Of a DNA stretch of 64,000 nt, positions 29,733 to 39,357 are shown piece after piece. The translations under genes were made by a program, and so were the position numbers. The notes beneath the pieces are model-generated. The model saw only the letters and a list, made by a program, of their open reading frames with translations. It did not search any database and had not been told where the DNA came from. This DNA is from an uncultured Candidatus Rokubacteria bacterium (GTDB lineage: Bacteria; Methylomirabilota; Methylomirabilia; Rokubacteriales; DASRDR01): the NCBI GenBank assembly GCA_963708025.1, contig CAVPSB010000031.1, positions 96,001 through 160,000 of the forward strand, written 5' to 3'. Each line of letters begins with the position of its first letter. The stretch's first letter is position 1.

Positions 29733-30270
29733 ATGGAGCCCTCGGCCTGGCTGCGACGAGAAGCTCTACGACCGCCGGATCGTGCTCGTGGCCGGCCGGC
29801 TCGACGACGCCGTCGCGGCCCGGGCGGCGGCGTCGCTCCTGAGCCTCGACGCGGCCGGTGCCGGTCCAATCGAGCTCCACGTGGACAGCCCGGACGGCAC
29901 GCTGGAGGCCGCGTTCGTGCTCATCGACACGCTGGGCCACCTCCGGGCGCCCGTGAGCGCCCGGTGCCGCGGGCAAATCGGGAGTCCCGCGATCGGCGTC
30001 GTGGCCGCGGCCGGCGATCGGTCGGCCTCGTCCCACGCGCGATTCCGGCTCGCCCAGCCGCGGGTCCAGTTCTCCGGAAGCCCCGACCAGGTCGCCACGC
30101 ACGCGCGCCTGCACCGGGACCTCCTCGTGCGGTTCCAGGCCCACCTCGCGCGGTCCACGGGGCGGCCCGTTGACGAGATCGCCGACGACATGCTTCGCGG
30201 GACGGTATCTCGACGCCCGCGAGGCGCTCGACTACGGCTGATCGACCGGATCGCCGACTCCGCACCGTAA
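29733..30270 (+). CDS. ClpP-like protein, degenerate catalytic triad, frameshifted
   Basis: RRIVLV.G.LDD, IELHVDSPDG, CRGQIGSP, RFRLAQP, TGRPVDEI..D, and EA.DY..IDRI across frames. Confidence 0.75.
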
Positions 30271-30294
30271 CGCGTCGTCGCCGTCCGGGCGGAG

Positions 30295-30352
30295 GTCAGG
30301 CGTCGGGCCGAAGCGGGCGCGGACGACGACGAGGGCCTCGTCGGCCCGCTCC
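30295..30352 (-). repeat. Degenerate copy of the aminotransferase 3' end (30664-30722)
   Basis: gtcaggcgtcggg(g)ccgaagcgggcg.ggacg.cg.cga.ggcctcgtcgg.ccgctc at both loci. Confidence 0.8.
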
Positions 30353-30608
30353 ACGGGACATCGCCGAGCTGGATTTCGTCGTCAAGCGGGGTCGCCGCTA
30401 CGGCGTGGAGGTCAAGTTCATGGACGCTCCGCGCCTCACCCCCTCCATGCGGATCGCGCTTTCCGATCTGCGACTGGAGCGTCTCACGGTCCTCTATCCT
30501 GGAGACCTGCGCTATGCGGTCGATCCTCGCGTCACGGTCGTGCCGCTCGCCGAGCTGGCGGTCGATTCCGAGATCATCACGCGCAGCGTGATGGGGGTCC
30601 GAGGGTAG
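30353..30608 (+). pseudogene. C-terminal remnant of an AAA ATPase/DUF4143 (nuclease-like tail) protein
   Basis: AELDFVV..G / RYGVEVKFMDAPRLTPSMRIALSDL.LERLTVLYPG; no N-terminus. Confidence 0.65.
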
Positions 30609-30664
30609 ACGCGCGACCGGCCTGGTCGAAGGCCTTGCCGGATCGCCCTGCCCAGCGGCGGACG

Positions 30665-31924
30665 TCAGGCGTCGGGGCCGAAGCGGGCGTGGACGGCGGC
30701 GAAGGCCTCGTCGGTCCGCTCGAGCGCGCAGCGGACGTCGTCGGGGGTGTGGGCGGCGCTCAGGAACCAGTTGTGCCAGGGGTGGAGGTAGACTCCCCGG
30801 CGCGCGGCCTCCCCGGTGAAGACGTTGGCGCGGTCGAAGGTCCCGGCCGCGACGTCGTCGGCGAAGGTCAGGAACGGGAGCTGCACCGGCCCCGTCTGGC
30901 GGATGCCGAGGCCGTGGGCTTGGGCCTGCCGATCCAGGCCCTCCCGCAGGAGGGCGCCCGCGCGCTCCATCGTCGCGATGCCGTCCTCCTCCTCCAGGCT
31001 CTGGAGCGTGGCGAGGGCCGCGGCCATGGGGACGGCGGCGAACCAGAAGGACCCGGTGGCGAAGACGGCCGTGGCCGCGTCGCGCAGGGAGTCGGCGCCG
31101 GCGACGGCGGCCAGCGGGTGGCCGTTGGCGATGGCCTTGCTGTAGGCGGCCAGGTCGGGGCGGACGCCGAGCGGCACCCAGCTCCCGCCCAGGTGGAGCC
31201 GGAAGCCGGCGCGGACGTCGTCGAGGACCAGCGCGGCGCCGCGCCGGTCGCAGAGGGCGCGCACGCCGCGGGCGAAGGCCGGATCCACCAGCTCCTGGTC
31301 GTGGCGCGCGTCGTGGCGGAAGGCGGAGACGAGCACGGCGGCGAGGTCCGGGCCGGCCTGGTCCGCCGCCACCTCGACGCTGGCGAGGTCGTTGTAGGTG
31401 TACGTCAGGAGGTGCGCGCGGTCCTCGGGCGTGGTGCCGGCCGGACGCGGCGTGCACCAGGGCGCCGAGCCGTGGTAGGCGCCGCGGGCCACCAGCACCT
31501 TGGCCCGCCCGGTGGCGGCGCGGGCGATGCTCAGGGCCAGCGTGGTGGCGTCGGTCCCGTTCTTGGCGAACATCGCCCAGCCGGCGTGCGGCGTGAGGTC
31601 GACGAGGCGCTCGGCCAGCTCCACCATGCGCGGCGAGGGGCCGTTCTGGCAGTCGGCGAGGGCCTGCTGGGCGGCCACCGCCGCCTCGACCCGGGGATGG
31701 GCGTGGCCGAGCACGATCGGGCCGAAGCTGCACATGAAGTCGAGGTACTCGCGCCCGTCCACGTCCCACACCCGGCTCCCGCGCCCCCGCTCCATGAACT
31801 GGGGGAACTCCGGGGGCAGGGTCGCCGCGTTCTGATGGCCGTACATCCCCCCGGGGATCACCTGCCGCGCCCGGGCCCGCAGCGCCTGATCGCGCGTCTC
31901 GACCGCCAGCTGTGCCGTGCCCAT
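30665..31924 (-). CDS. Class III aminotransferase (glutamate-1-semialdehyde aminomutase-like)
   Basis: DVDGREYLDF, KNGTDAT, YHG, DDVRAGFR, SKAIANG. Confidence 0.9.
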   Translation of the reverse strand: MGTAQLAVETRDQALRARARQVIPGGMYGHQNAATLPPEFPQFMERGRGSRVWDVDGREYLDFMCSFGPIVLGHAHPRVEAAVAAQQALADCQNGPSPRMVELAERLVDLTPHAGWAMFAKNGTDATTLALSIARAATGRAKVLVARGAYHGSAPWCTPRPAGTTPEDRAHLLTYTYNDLASVEVAADQAGPDLAAVLVSAFRHDARHDQELVDPAFARGVRALCDRRGAALVLDDVRAGFRLHLGGSWVPLGVRPDLAAYSKAIANGHPLAAVAGADSLRDAATAVFATGSFWFAAVPMAAALATLQSLEEEDGIATMERAGALLREGLDRQAQAHGLGIRQTGPVQLPFLTFADDVAAGTFDRANVFTGEAARRGVYLHPWHNWFLSAAHTPDDVRCALERTDEAFAAVHARFGPDA

Positions 31925-32071
31925 CGCGTTGGGCCCCTTTCTTCTTCGTCAGGTCTGCCGAGTCGGTCCCTTCTACCGCGGCCGGGCGCCGTCCCGCCAT
32001 GATGCCACAGCCTCGGGTTCCCGCGGGGCTGGGTCGCAGGGCGGTCAGGGTGGGCCTGCGACCTGCCCGGC

Positions 32072-32100
32072 TTGGCTCGTCTGCATCTTCGATGCATAAT
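32072..32100 (+). promoter_or_regulatory. vapBC promoter with overlapping palindromic operator
   Basis: TTGGCT-N17-CATAAT; tgcatc-ttc-gatgca (32082-32096); ATG 7 nt after the -10 box. Confidence 0.6.
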
Positions 32101-32107
32101 GGTCTGC

Positions 32108-32308
32108 ATGAGAACCACGCTGAATCTCGATGAGCGCTTGATCAGAGAAGCGGGGCGCCTCACCGGACTTCGCGTCAAGACCGAAGTCATTCACGAGGGC
32201 CTGCGCGCGCTGATCACCCGAGAGAGTGCTCGTCGGCTCGCTGCCCTTGGTGGCACCATGCCGGGTGCGAAGGCGCCGCCTCGCCGCCGTGCGCGCCGGG
32301 CGCGCTGA
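32108..32308 (+). CDS. vapB: VapB antitoxin
   Basis: MRTTLNLDERLI.EA..LTG...KT.VI..GLRALI; TGATG overlap with the PIN gene. Confidence 0.9.
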   Translation: MRTTLNLDERLIREAGRLTGLRVKTEVIHEGLRALITRESARRLAALGGTMPGAKAPPRRRARRAR

Positions 32309-32670
32309 TGCTGGTCGATACGTCGGTCTGGATCGACCACTTCCGCCGGTCCAATCTGGCTCTTGCTACTGCGCTCGAGCGAGGGGACGTGGAATGCCAC
32401 GACTTCGTCCTCGGCGAGCTCGCCTGTGGCACGCTGCCTCGCCGGGACGACGTGCTGGTGTTCATGCAGACCCTGCCACGGATCGCCCCGGTACCCCACG
32501 GTGATGTCATGGCGCTGGTGTCGGAACGCGGGCTCTGGGGGCGAGGGCTCGGCTGGGTTGACGTAAGCCTTCTCGCCGCCGTCCTCGTCGCCCGCGCCGG
32601 TCTCTGGACGCTGGACCGTCGGCTGCGGCGAGTTGCTTCGAGCCTGGACGTCGGCTGGGAGCCGGCGTAA
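32308..32670 (+). CDS. vapC: VapC PIN-domain toxin
   Basis: LVDTSVWID, GELACG, GWVD, LWTLDRRL. Confidence 0.92.
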   Translation: MLVDTSVWIDHFRRSNLALATALERGDVECHDFVLGELACGTLPRRDDVLVFMQTLPRIAPVPHGDVMALVSERGLWGRGLGWVDVSLLAAVLVARAGLWTLDRRLRRVASSLDVGWEPA

Positions 32671-32772
32671 GGCCCGTGAGCACGGGGCTGGACGGCGCTG
32701 GAAGACTCATCAGGACGCTGGCGGAGCTGCGGCACGCAGGCGTGTCGTGGCTTCCCTGGTGAGAGGATAGCA

Positions 32773-33720
32773 ATGGCCGTCGAGTTCGGCGTGCTGCTTC
32801 CGACCCGCGAGGCCGTCACGTCCGGCCGCCCGGAGACGGCCCCGCTCCTGACGATGGCCGAGCGTGCGGAGGCCGCGGGCTTCGACTCGGTGTGGATCGG
32901 CGACTCGGTGACCGCCCGTCCGCGCCACGAGCCGCTCACCCTGCTCGCCGCCGTCGCCGCGCGCACGCGCCGGGTGCGCGTGGGCACCGCGGTCCTGCTC
33001 CCGGCGCTCCGCCAGCCGGTCGTGCTCGCCCACGTCGTCGGCACGCTGGACCGCGTCGCCGAGGGCCGGGTCGTCCTCGGCGTCGGCATCGCCTCCGACA
33101 TGCCGGCGATCCGCAAGGAGTTCGAGGCCGTCGGCGTGCCGTTCGAGCGTCGCGTCGGGCGCTTCCTCGAGACGCTGGAGATCTGCCGCGCGCTGTGGCG
33201 CCAGGACCACGTCAGCTTCGGCGGCAAGCACTTCACGCTCCAGGACGTCACGATGGAGCCGAAGCCGCACCGCCGCGGCGGGCCGCCCATCTGGATCGGC
33301 GGCAGCGGCCCCACCGCGCTCCGCGAGGCGGCCCGCTTCGACGCCTGGTTCCCCACCGGCCCGGGCGTCGAGTACTTCGCCGAGCACTTCCCCCGTGTCC
33401 AGGCCGCCGCCCGCGCCGCCGGCCGCCCGGCCGACGCCGTGACCGGCGCGGCCTACGTCACGCTCGCCCTCGACCCGAGCCCGGCCGCCGCCGAGCAGCG
33501 GCTCCACGCCTTCCTGGAGACGTACTACGCGGCGCCGGCGCGCGCGATCATGGCCCGCCAGGCCACCTACGCCGGCCCGATCGAGGGCTGCGTCGAGTGG
33601 CTCCAGCGCTGGATCGACGCCGGCTGCCGCCACTTCTGCCTCCGCTTCGCCGGCGGCGACCAGCTCGCCCAGGTGGACGAGACGGCCTCTCGCCTCCTGC
33701 CGCGGCTCCGGCGCGGCTGA
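32773..33720 (+). CDS. LLM-class flavin-dependent oxidoreductase
   Basis: AEAAGFDSVWIGD, GRVVLGVG, PPIWIGG. Confidence 0.9.
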   Translation: MAVEFGVLLPTREAVTSGRPETAPLLTMAERAEAAGFDSVWIGDSVTARPRHEPLTLLAAVAARTRRVRVGTAVLLPALRQPVVLAHVVGTLDRVAEGRVVLGVGIASDMPAIRKEFEAVGVPFERRVGRFLETLEICRALWRQDHVSFGGKHFTLQDVTMEPKPHRRGGPPIWIGGSGPTALREAARFDAWFPTGPGVEYFAEHFPRVQAAARAAGRPADAVTGAAYVTLALDPSPAAAEQRLHAFLETYYAAPARAIMARQATYAGPIEGCVEWLQRWIDAGCRHFCLRFAGGDQLAQVDETASRLLPRLRRG

Positions 33721-33737
33721 ACCGCGAAGGCCGGCCG

Positions 33738-34427
33738 TTGAAGACTATCGGGATCCTCGGGGGCCTCGGGCCCCAGGCCACGATGGACTTCGAGGCCCGC
33801 CTCCACCGGGCGGCCCAGCGGCTGATCCCGCAGCGCCAGGGCACCGGCTATCCTCCCCTGGTCGTCTACTACCACCGCCACCCACCGGTCCTCGTGACCG
33901 ACGAGGGTCTGCCGCGGCTGCCCATCCAGTGCGATCCCCGGCTGCTCGACGCCGCCCGACGGCTGGGCGCCTTCGTGGACTTCCTCGTCATCACGTCCAA
34001 CAGCCCCCACCTGTTCCAGGCCCAGATCGAGGAGGCGGCAGGGCGCCCGGTCCTGAGCATGATCGACCTGGCCCTGGCCGAGGTGCAGCGCCGGCGCTGG
34101 AAGACGGTGGGCGTCCTGGGGCTGGGCGACCCGATCGTCTACACCCGGCCGCTGGAGCGGCTGGGACTCGCGCCCGCGACGCTCGACGCCGGGCTGCGCG
34201 CCCGACTGGACCCCGCGATCTTCGGCCTGATGGAAGGGCGCGCCGACGCCGCCTCGTCGGCCATCGCCCGCGAGGCGGTCGCCGCGCTCCGCGCGCGCAG
34301 CGTCAACGGGATCATCCTCGGCTGCACCGAGATCCCCCTGCTGCTCCGGGACGCCGCCGACGCACCGGACCTGATCGACCCGGCCCAGCTCCTCGTTGAC
34401 GCCGCGCTGAGTCACGCATTGACCTGA
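33738..34427 (+). CDS. Aspartate/glutamate racemase family protein
   Basis: TIGILGGLGPQAT, ITSNSPH, ILGCTEIP; TTG start. Confidence 0.85.
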   Translation: MKTIGILGGLGPQATMDFEARLHRAAQRLIPQRQGTGYPPLVVYYHRHPPVLVTDEGLPRLPIQCDPRLLDAARRLGAFVDFLVITSNSPHLFQAQIEEAAGRPVLSMIDLALAEVQRRRWKTVGVLGLGDPIVYTRPLERLGLAPATLDAGLRARLDPAIFGLMEGRADAASSAIAREAVAALRARSVNGIILGCTEIPLLLRDAADAPDLIDPAQLLVDAALSHALT

Positions 34428-34611
34428 CCCGGCGGCCCCGCCCCGGGAGCTCTCGTCTGGCCGCCTTGCGCGAAGGCCCTGACTTCGACATCGGAACCCG
34501 GCGATGCGGGGGCGCTCCCGAAGACGGCTGGCGTGCGACCCCCGTCGCGGAGAGGGACTCGCCGGCTGGACCTGGCACGGTTCCCAGCCGGCGAGCGCCA
34601 GGCGCGGTGGC

Positions 34612-35058
34612 TCACGGGGAACTGATCGCCACCGCCGTCTTGCCGGACAGGACAATGGTCAGCATGAGGTCGTCAAAGCCCCCAGAAAGCCGCATCGCCG
34701 TGACCTTGGCCGGGGACAGCCGATAGGTCGCCACCAGCGTCAACGTTTGGTCGAAGATCTGGAGCACCGCAGATTCGAACTTCTGACCCACCGCGAGGGC
34801 AGCGAGGTCGCTTCGCGAGAAAGACAGGGTGACGCTCAGCGTGTCTTCCTGCTTCGAGTCGGCATTCAGGTCGATCGCCGTGGCGAAGCCCGTCGGGCCG
34901 CCCGCCAACGTGAGCCCAAATACGAAGCCGACGACACCGGGGCCTGGGCCCTCGGCCGCGCCCCAGGCTCGACTCACCTCTCCCCCGAGCACCACGGCGC
35001 TCATGACCACAGCCGCGATCAAGCTCGTTCGCCTGCCTCGTGTCAGCCACCGCGTCAT
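34612..35058 (-). CDS. Hypothetical secreted beta-rich protein
   Basis: GGAGGG RBS, signal-peptide-like N-terminus, alternating beta-strand pattern; lower GC. Confidence 0.6.
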   Translation of the reverse strand: MTRWLTRGRRTSLIAAVVMSAVVLGGEVSRAWGAAEGPGPGVVGFVFGLTLAGGPTGFATAIDLNADSKQEDTLSVTLSFSRSDLAALAVGQKFESAVLQIFDQTLTLVATYRLSPAKVTAMRLSGGFDDLMLTIVLSGKTAVAISSP

Positions 35059-35355
35059 TGCTGTTCCCTCCTGTCCTGAGGTCTTGTCCATGTGCAAACG
35101 AGCTCAGGCGGCGGCCTTCCTCTCGGCCGTGCTCTGGCTCGGCTTCCCCCGCGCGCCGTTGATGTACGTCACGCCCTCCGCTCCCTCGGCCCGCAGCTCG
35201 GGCGCGTCGAGCTGCCGCCGGACCGTGCGCCGGTGACCCGGCCGGGCCGGTCCCGGTCCAGCCGGGCGATGGACGCAGCACGTCCCCACCGGGGCCGGGC
35301 TCTCCAGGCGGCCGCGACCCCAGCGTGGAGCCGCTGCCGCGACGGGGCAGGCATG

Positions 35356-36991
35356 CTACGCGCCGTTGCTGAGCCGGTCCCGCCACAGGATGTGGTCCAG
35401 GCAGCGCTCGGCGAGGGCGCCGATGGTGAACGACGGATTGGCGAGGCCGGTGGACCCTTCGATCAGGGCGCCGTCCACCACGTACAGGCCCGGGTAGCGC
35501 TTCACCCGCCCGTCGAGATCGCAGGCCTTGCCCAGGACGGCGCCGCCGAGCGGGTGGGCGGACACGAACGGGTTGATCGAGAGCGTCAGCGATCCATTGC
35601 GCTGGTCCAGGACCGCGAGGGTCTGCTGCGCCGCGGCCAGGAAGTTGGCCAGCCGGGGATCGGCGGCGGGCCAGTTCAGGTCGACGGCATCGGCGGCGGG
35701 GTCGTAGGCGAAGGAGCCGATCGCGGGCGGGATGCCCAGGCTCGCGTAGTTGGCGAAGTGCGGCGGCGCGCCGACGGCCGAGAGCGCGGCGTTGATGTGG
35801 GGGGGCAGCACGAGCTCGACGAGGCTGGTGGGCCCGAACGGGTTGTCGAGGTCCTCCAGGATGAAGTGCCCGGCGGGGCCGCCCGTCCCCGCGTTGGTCG
35901 GCGGCAGGAGGCCCCGCGTCACGGGCAGGTCGCCGTTGGCCGCCCAGTGCTGGCCGACGTGGTCGTTCAGCGCCGGCAGCGCCCCCGTGGCCCGCGCGCG
36001 GACGAGCAGGCTCGTCGTGCCGACGGAGCCCGCGGCGAGGAACAGGTACTTGCACACCAGGCGCCGGGGCGCGCCCACGACGTCCCCGTCGTCGCTGAGG
36101 CGGAGCGTCGTCACCACGTAGCGGCCGCCGGGACCCCGCTCGATCGCGACCACCTGGTGCAGGGGCAGGATCTCGACGTGGCCCGTCGCCTCGGCCCGGG
36201 CGAGGTAGTTGCGATCGAGGCTGCGCTTGGCCCCGCTGTTGAGCCCGTAGAACGACTGCCCGGCGATGGCGGAGGGGACCCGCCGGCCGGCGATCTCGTC
36301 GCGCACGATGTCCCAGTCGACGGCCAGGTCGACCGGGCGCGTCGGGAATCCCGCCGTCCGGGCCTGGGCCAGGCTCACGCGGCTGGAGCGGTAGTACTCC
36401 GTGGCCAGGATGTCGTCGGGAATCGGCGCCGAGCGGATGATCCCCTTGACGCGCGGGTAGTACACGTCCTCCATCTCGTCGAAGTCGATCTGCCCGCGGG
36501 AAGAGGCGCTCGAAGAGCTCGCGGCGCGGCTTCACGATGATGGCGTTGAAGACGAGCGAGCCGCCGCCCACGCCCGCGCCGGCGCCGATGTAGATGCCGT
36601 TGCCCTCGGTGACGCCGTTGCCCTCGATGACCTCGAGGACGCCGACGTACCGGTCGATGGGCTTCTCGAGCTGGGGCAGGCCCAGGATCGCCTCGCCGGT
36701 GCGGTCGCGCAGCCAGTAGGCGCGCCCGTCGGGCTGCTCGAACGTCGCGAAGGTGTCGCCGTCGCGCCGGATCGGCCAGCGCCGGCCCCGCTCGAGCACG
36801 ACGGTGTCGATGCCGGCGTGCCCGAGCCTCAGCGCGGCGACCGCGCCGCCGAAGCCGCTGCCGATGACGACGGCGGGAACGAAGTCGGAGTGGCGTGCCC
36901 ACGCCCGGTGGCTGGAGCCGACGAGGCCGGCGCCGGCCGCCGCGAGAATTCCGCCTCGCAGGAACTGGCGCCTCGAGAGGTCCCTGGACAT
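35356..36991 (-). CDS. Tat-exported GMC oxidoreductase, cholesterol-oxidase-like (copy 1; frameshift near 36495)
   Basis: SRRQFL Tat motif; FVPAVVIGSGFGGAVAALRLG, GAGVGGGSLV, LAAGSVGT, AHPLGG, LYVVDG..NPSFTIGALAER. Confidence 0.85.
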
Positions 36992-37017
36992 GGCGTTTCC
37001 CCCTTGCTTCCAGTCGG

Positions 37018-37290
37018 TCATGGCCGCTGGGCGTCCTGGATGATCCCGTCGAGCAGCTCGGCGGGGTCGGAGATCAGCATGCCGTGTACCGCGTCCGGGC
37101 CGGACACCTCGACGAGCCCGGTTCGCCGGCGGTCAGGTACTCGTGGAGCAGGGCCTGCTCCTCCGGGCGGACGATGACGTCCTGCTCGAAGCCGACGACC
37201 CGCATGCGTGGTCCGGGCGTGGGGGCGAAGATCCTGGCCTCGATCGAGGGGTGGGCCAGAGGCGGCGCGCCGATCAGGGCAAGCGCGGGA
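37018..37290 (-). pseudogene. C-terminal gene remnant cut by the MITE-like element (copy 1)
   Basis: MRVVGFEQDVIVRPEEQALLHEYL...VSGPDAVHGMLISDP across frames (hydrolase-like tail); conserved in copy 2. Confidence 0.45.
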
Positions 37291-37486
37291 GGGGTCAGGC
37301 TTTGACTTCTTGACACTTCGAGGAACCCGAGGGGAGGTCGGCAGGCCGCCTGCCGGGCGGAGTGGTCCCGGTGCGGCGGCCGCGAGGGTCTCCTCACTGG
37401 TTCGCCCGGACATGGGGCACCACGCAAACTGGCCGCGTGCCCGTTCAGCGGCAGACGCCATTGTTCAGAAGTCAAAGCCTGACCCC
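37291..37486. mobile_element. MITE/REP-like element with perfect 20-bp terminal inverted repeats (copy 1)
   Basis: ggggtcaggctttgacttct (37291-37310) ... agaagtcaaagcctgacccc (37467-37486); no coding capacity. Confidence 0.7.
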
Positions 37487-37545
37487 ATCCTGCGCTCCGT
37501 GATCATCGGGTCCTCCTCCGGTTCCCAGCAGTCATCCCCGTGTCG

Positions 37546-38982
37546 CTACAGCGCGAACGGGAGTGACGCGGGCGGCGTGGCCTGGCCGGAGCCGTTGTCG
37601 CCCCAGCACGCCACGGTCCCGTCGCCCCGGATGCCGCACGTGTGAGTGCGCCCCGCGGAGACCTGGCTGAAGGGGCCGCCGGGCGGCGTGGCCTGGCCGG
37701 AGCCGTTGTCGCCCCAGCACGCCACGGTCCCGTCGCCCCGGATGCCGCACGTGTGCAAGCCCCCCGCGGAGACCTGGCTGAAGGGGCCGCCGGGCGGCGT
37801 GGCCGCGCCGAAGCCGTTGAAACCCCAGCACGCCACGGTCCCGTCGCCCTGGATGCCGCACGTGTGAAAGCCCCCCGCGGAGACCTGGCTGAAGGGGCCG
37901 CCGGGCGGCGTGGCCTGGCCGGAGCCGTTGACGCCCCAGCACGCCACGGTCCCGTCGCCCCGGATGCCGCACGTGTAATTGACCCCCGCGGAGACCTGGC
38001 TGAAGGGGCCGCCGGGCGGCGTGGCCTGGCCGGAGGCGTTGACGCCCCAGCACGCCACGGTCCCGTCGCCCCGGATGCCGCACGTGTGACTGACCCCCGC
38101 GGAGACCTGGCTGAAGGGGCCGCCGGGCGGCGTGGCCTGGCCGAAGCCGTTGACACCCCAGCACGCCACGGTCCCGTCGCCCCGGATGCCGCACGTGCTC
38201 AGGCCCCCCGCGGAGACCTGGCTGAAGGGGCCGCCGGGCGGCGTGGCCTGGCCGAAGAAGTTGTCGCCCCAGCACAGGACCCCGCCGAGGCGGGTCAGCC
38301 CGCAGGTATGACTGTTGCCCGCGTCCACTCCGGGCTGCGTCGCGAACGCAGCTCTCAGCACGACGCCACCCGGGCAGGTCAGCGTGACCAGGCCGAGGGT
38401 GCCGTCGAACGCGGCCGCGCAGCCGCCTCCCGAGCCCGGCGGTCCCTGCGGCCCCTGGGCGCCCGTGGCCCCGGTCTCGCCCTTCTCTCCCGGGATCCCC
38501 TGAACGCCCTGGAGCCCCGGCAGCCCCTGGATCCCCTGGATTCCCTGCGGCCCTGGCTCCCCCTGGACGCCCTGCATGCCTGGCGGCCCCTGAGGTCCTG
38601 GCTTTCCCTGGGGTCCCGGATCACCCGGCGGCCCCGGCTCGCCCCCGCCGCCGATCGCCACCTCGAACGGAAGCGCCGGGATCGGGAGCGCGCCGCCGCG
38701 GATCACCAGGAGTTGGTAGCTGGCCGGCTCGATGCCGACCGGCAGCGCGGCGACGATCTCCGTCGGCGAGTGGAGGAGCACCGTCAGCGGCACCCCGGCG
38801 AGCCGCACGCCGGGCGTCGCCGGCCCGAAGTTCACGCCCCAGACCGTGAGCCGCAGGCTCTCCAGGTCCGCGTCCACCCGCAGGATCAGCGGCACGGGCA
38901 GGTCGGCCCGCGCCGCGACCGCGAAGAGCAGCACCGTGATGATCCCGAACAGCCCCACCCCCAGCCGTCCCACCCTGGTCAT
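37546..38982 (-). CDS. Secreted protein: signal peptide, IPT/TIG-like domain, collagen triple helix, 7 RCC1/BLIP-II repeats (copy 1)
   Basis: LTVWGVNFG, (GXY)n GPQG.. run, repeats [22 protein letters not shown]. Confidence 0.88.
   Translation of the reverse strand: MTRVGRLGVGLFGIITVLLFAVAARADLPVPLILRVDADLESLRLTVWGVNFGPATPGVRLAGVPLTVLLHSPTEIVAALPVGIEPASYQLLVIRGGALPIPALPFEVAIGGGGEPGPPGDPGPQGKPGPQGPPGMQGVQGEPGPQGIQGIQGLPGLQGVQGIPGEKGETGATGAQGPQGPPGSGGGCAAAFDGTLGLVTLTCPGGVVLRAAFATQPGVDAGNSHTCGLTRLGGVLCWGDNFFGQATPPGGPFSQVSAGGLSTCGIRGDGTVACWGVNGFGQATPPGGPFSQVSAGVSHTCGIRGDGTVACWGVNASGQATPPGGPFSQVSAGVNYTCGIRGDGTVACWGVNGSGQATPPGGPFSQVSAGGFHTCGIQGDGTVACWGFNGFGAATPPGGPFSQVSAGGLHTCGIRGDGTVACWGDNGSGQATPPGGPFSQVSAGRTHTCGIRGDGTVACWGDNGSGQATPPASLPFAL
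37571..38275 (-). repeat. 111-bp tandem repeat array (six near-identical units) in the RCC1 domain
   Basis: ggcggcgtggcctggccg at 37571 and 37682; unit recurs every 111 bp with minor variants. Confidence 0.92.
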
Positions 38983-38983
38983 G

Positions 38984-39253
38984 TCACGACCCTCCCTCGC
39001 CTCGAAGCCGCCTGAACATCGTCTCGATCACGGAGCCCAGCGTCTCCAGCCCCCGGAAGGTCTCCTTGCGCCCGGTCCGGACGGCCTCGACCACGCCCCG
39101 CAGCGCGCCGTCCGCGTCCTCGCTCACCGACACGACGAAGGAGCGGCGCACCCACGGCGCCTCGTCTCCGGCCGGCACCGGCCGCTCGGAGGGCGGGCTC
39201 CCGGTTGACCCGGAGGGCCCTGGGGAGCGCTCGCCTCGCCGTGTCGCTTTCAC
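38984..39253 (-). CDS. Small conserved hypothetical protein (copy 1; start uncertain)
   Basis: [30 protein letters not shown] is homologous to 51617..51814. Confidence 0.65.
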   Translation of the reverse strand: MKATRRGERSPGPSGSTGSPPSERPVPAGDEAPWVRRSFVVSVSEDADGALRGVVEAVRTGRKETFRGLETLGSVIETMFRRLRGEGGS

Positions 39254-39357
39254 CGCGCCATCGTCCACCCGGCTCGTGAACGATGCGTTAAAGCCGCGCC
39301 GACACAGGCTTGTCATGGGCGGGTCCGTGGGGTAGGGTAGGGCCCGGTCGCCACCTC

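Noticed and set aside
30665-31924. hemL assignment
   Set aside because: GSA-aminomutase-like but diverged, with no tetrapyrrole genes nearby
35104-35354. Short ORFs between the oxidase and the secreted protein
   Set aside because: No RBS, motif or counterpart in copy 2; cannot be supported
37571-38275. Regular repeats with short variable parts resembling a CRISPR array
   Set aside because: 111-bp in-frame coding repeats with no unique spacers and no cas genes
37546-38982. Prophage tail-fibre gene
   Set aside because: Has a signal peptide and no phage structural or integrase genes are present
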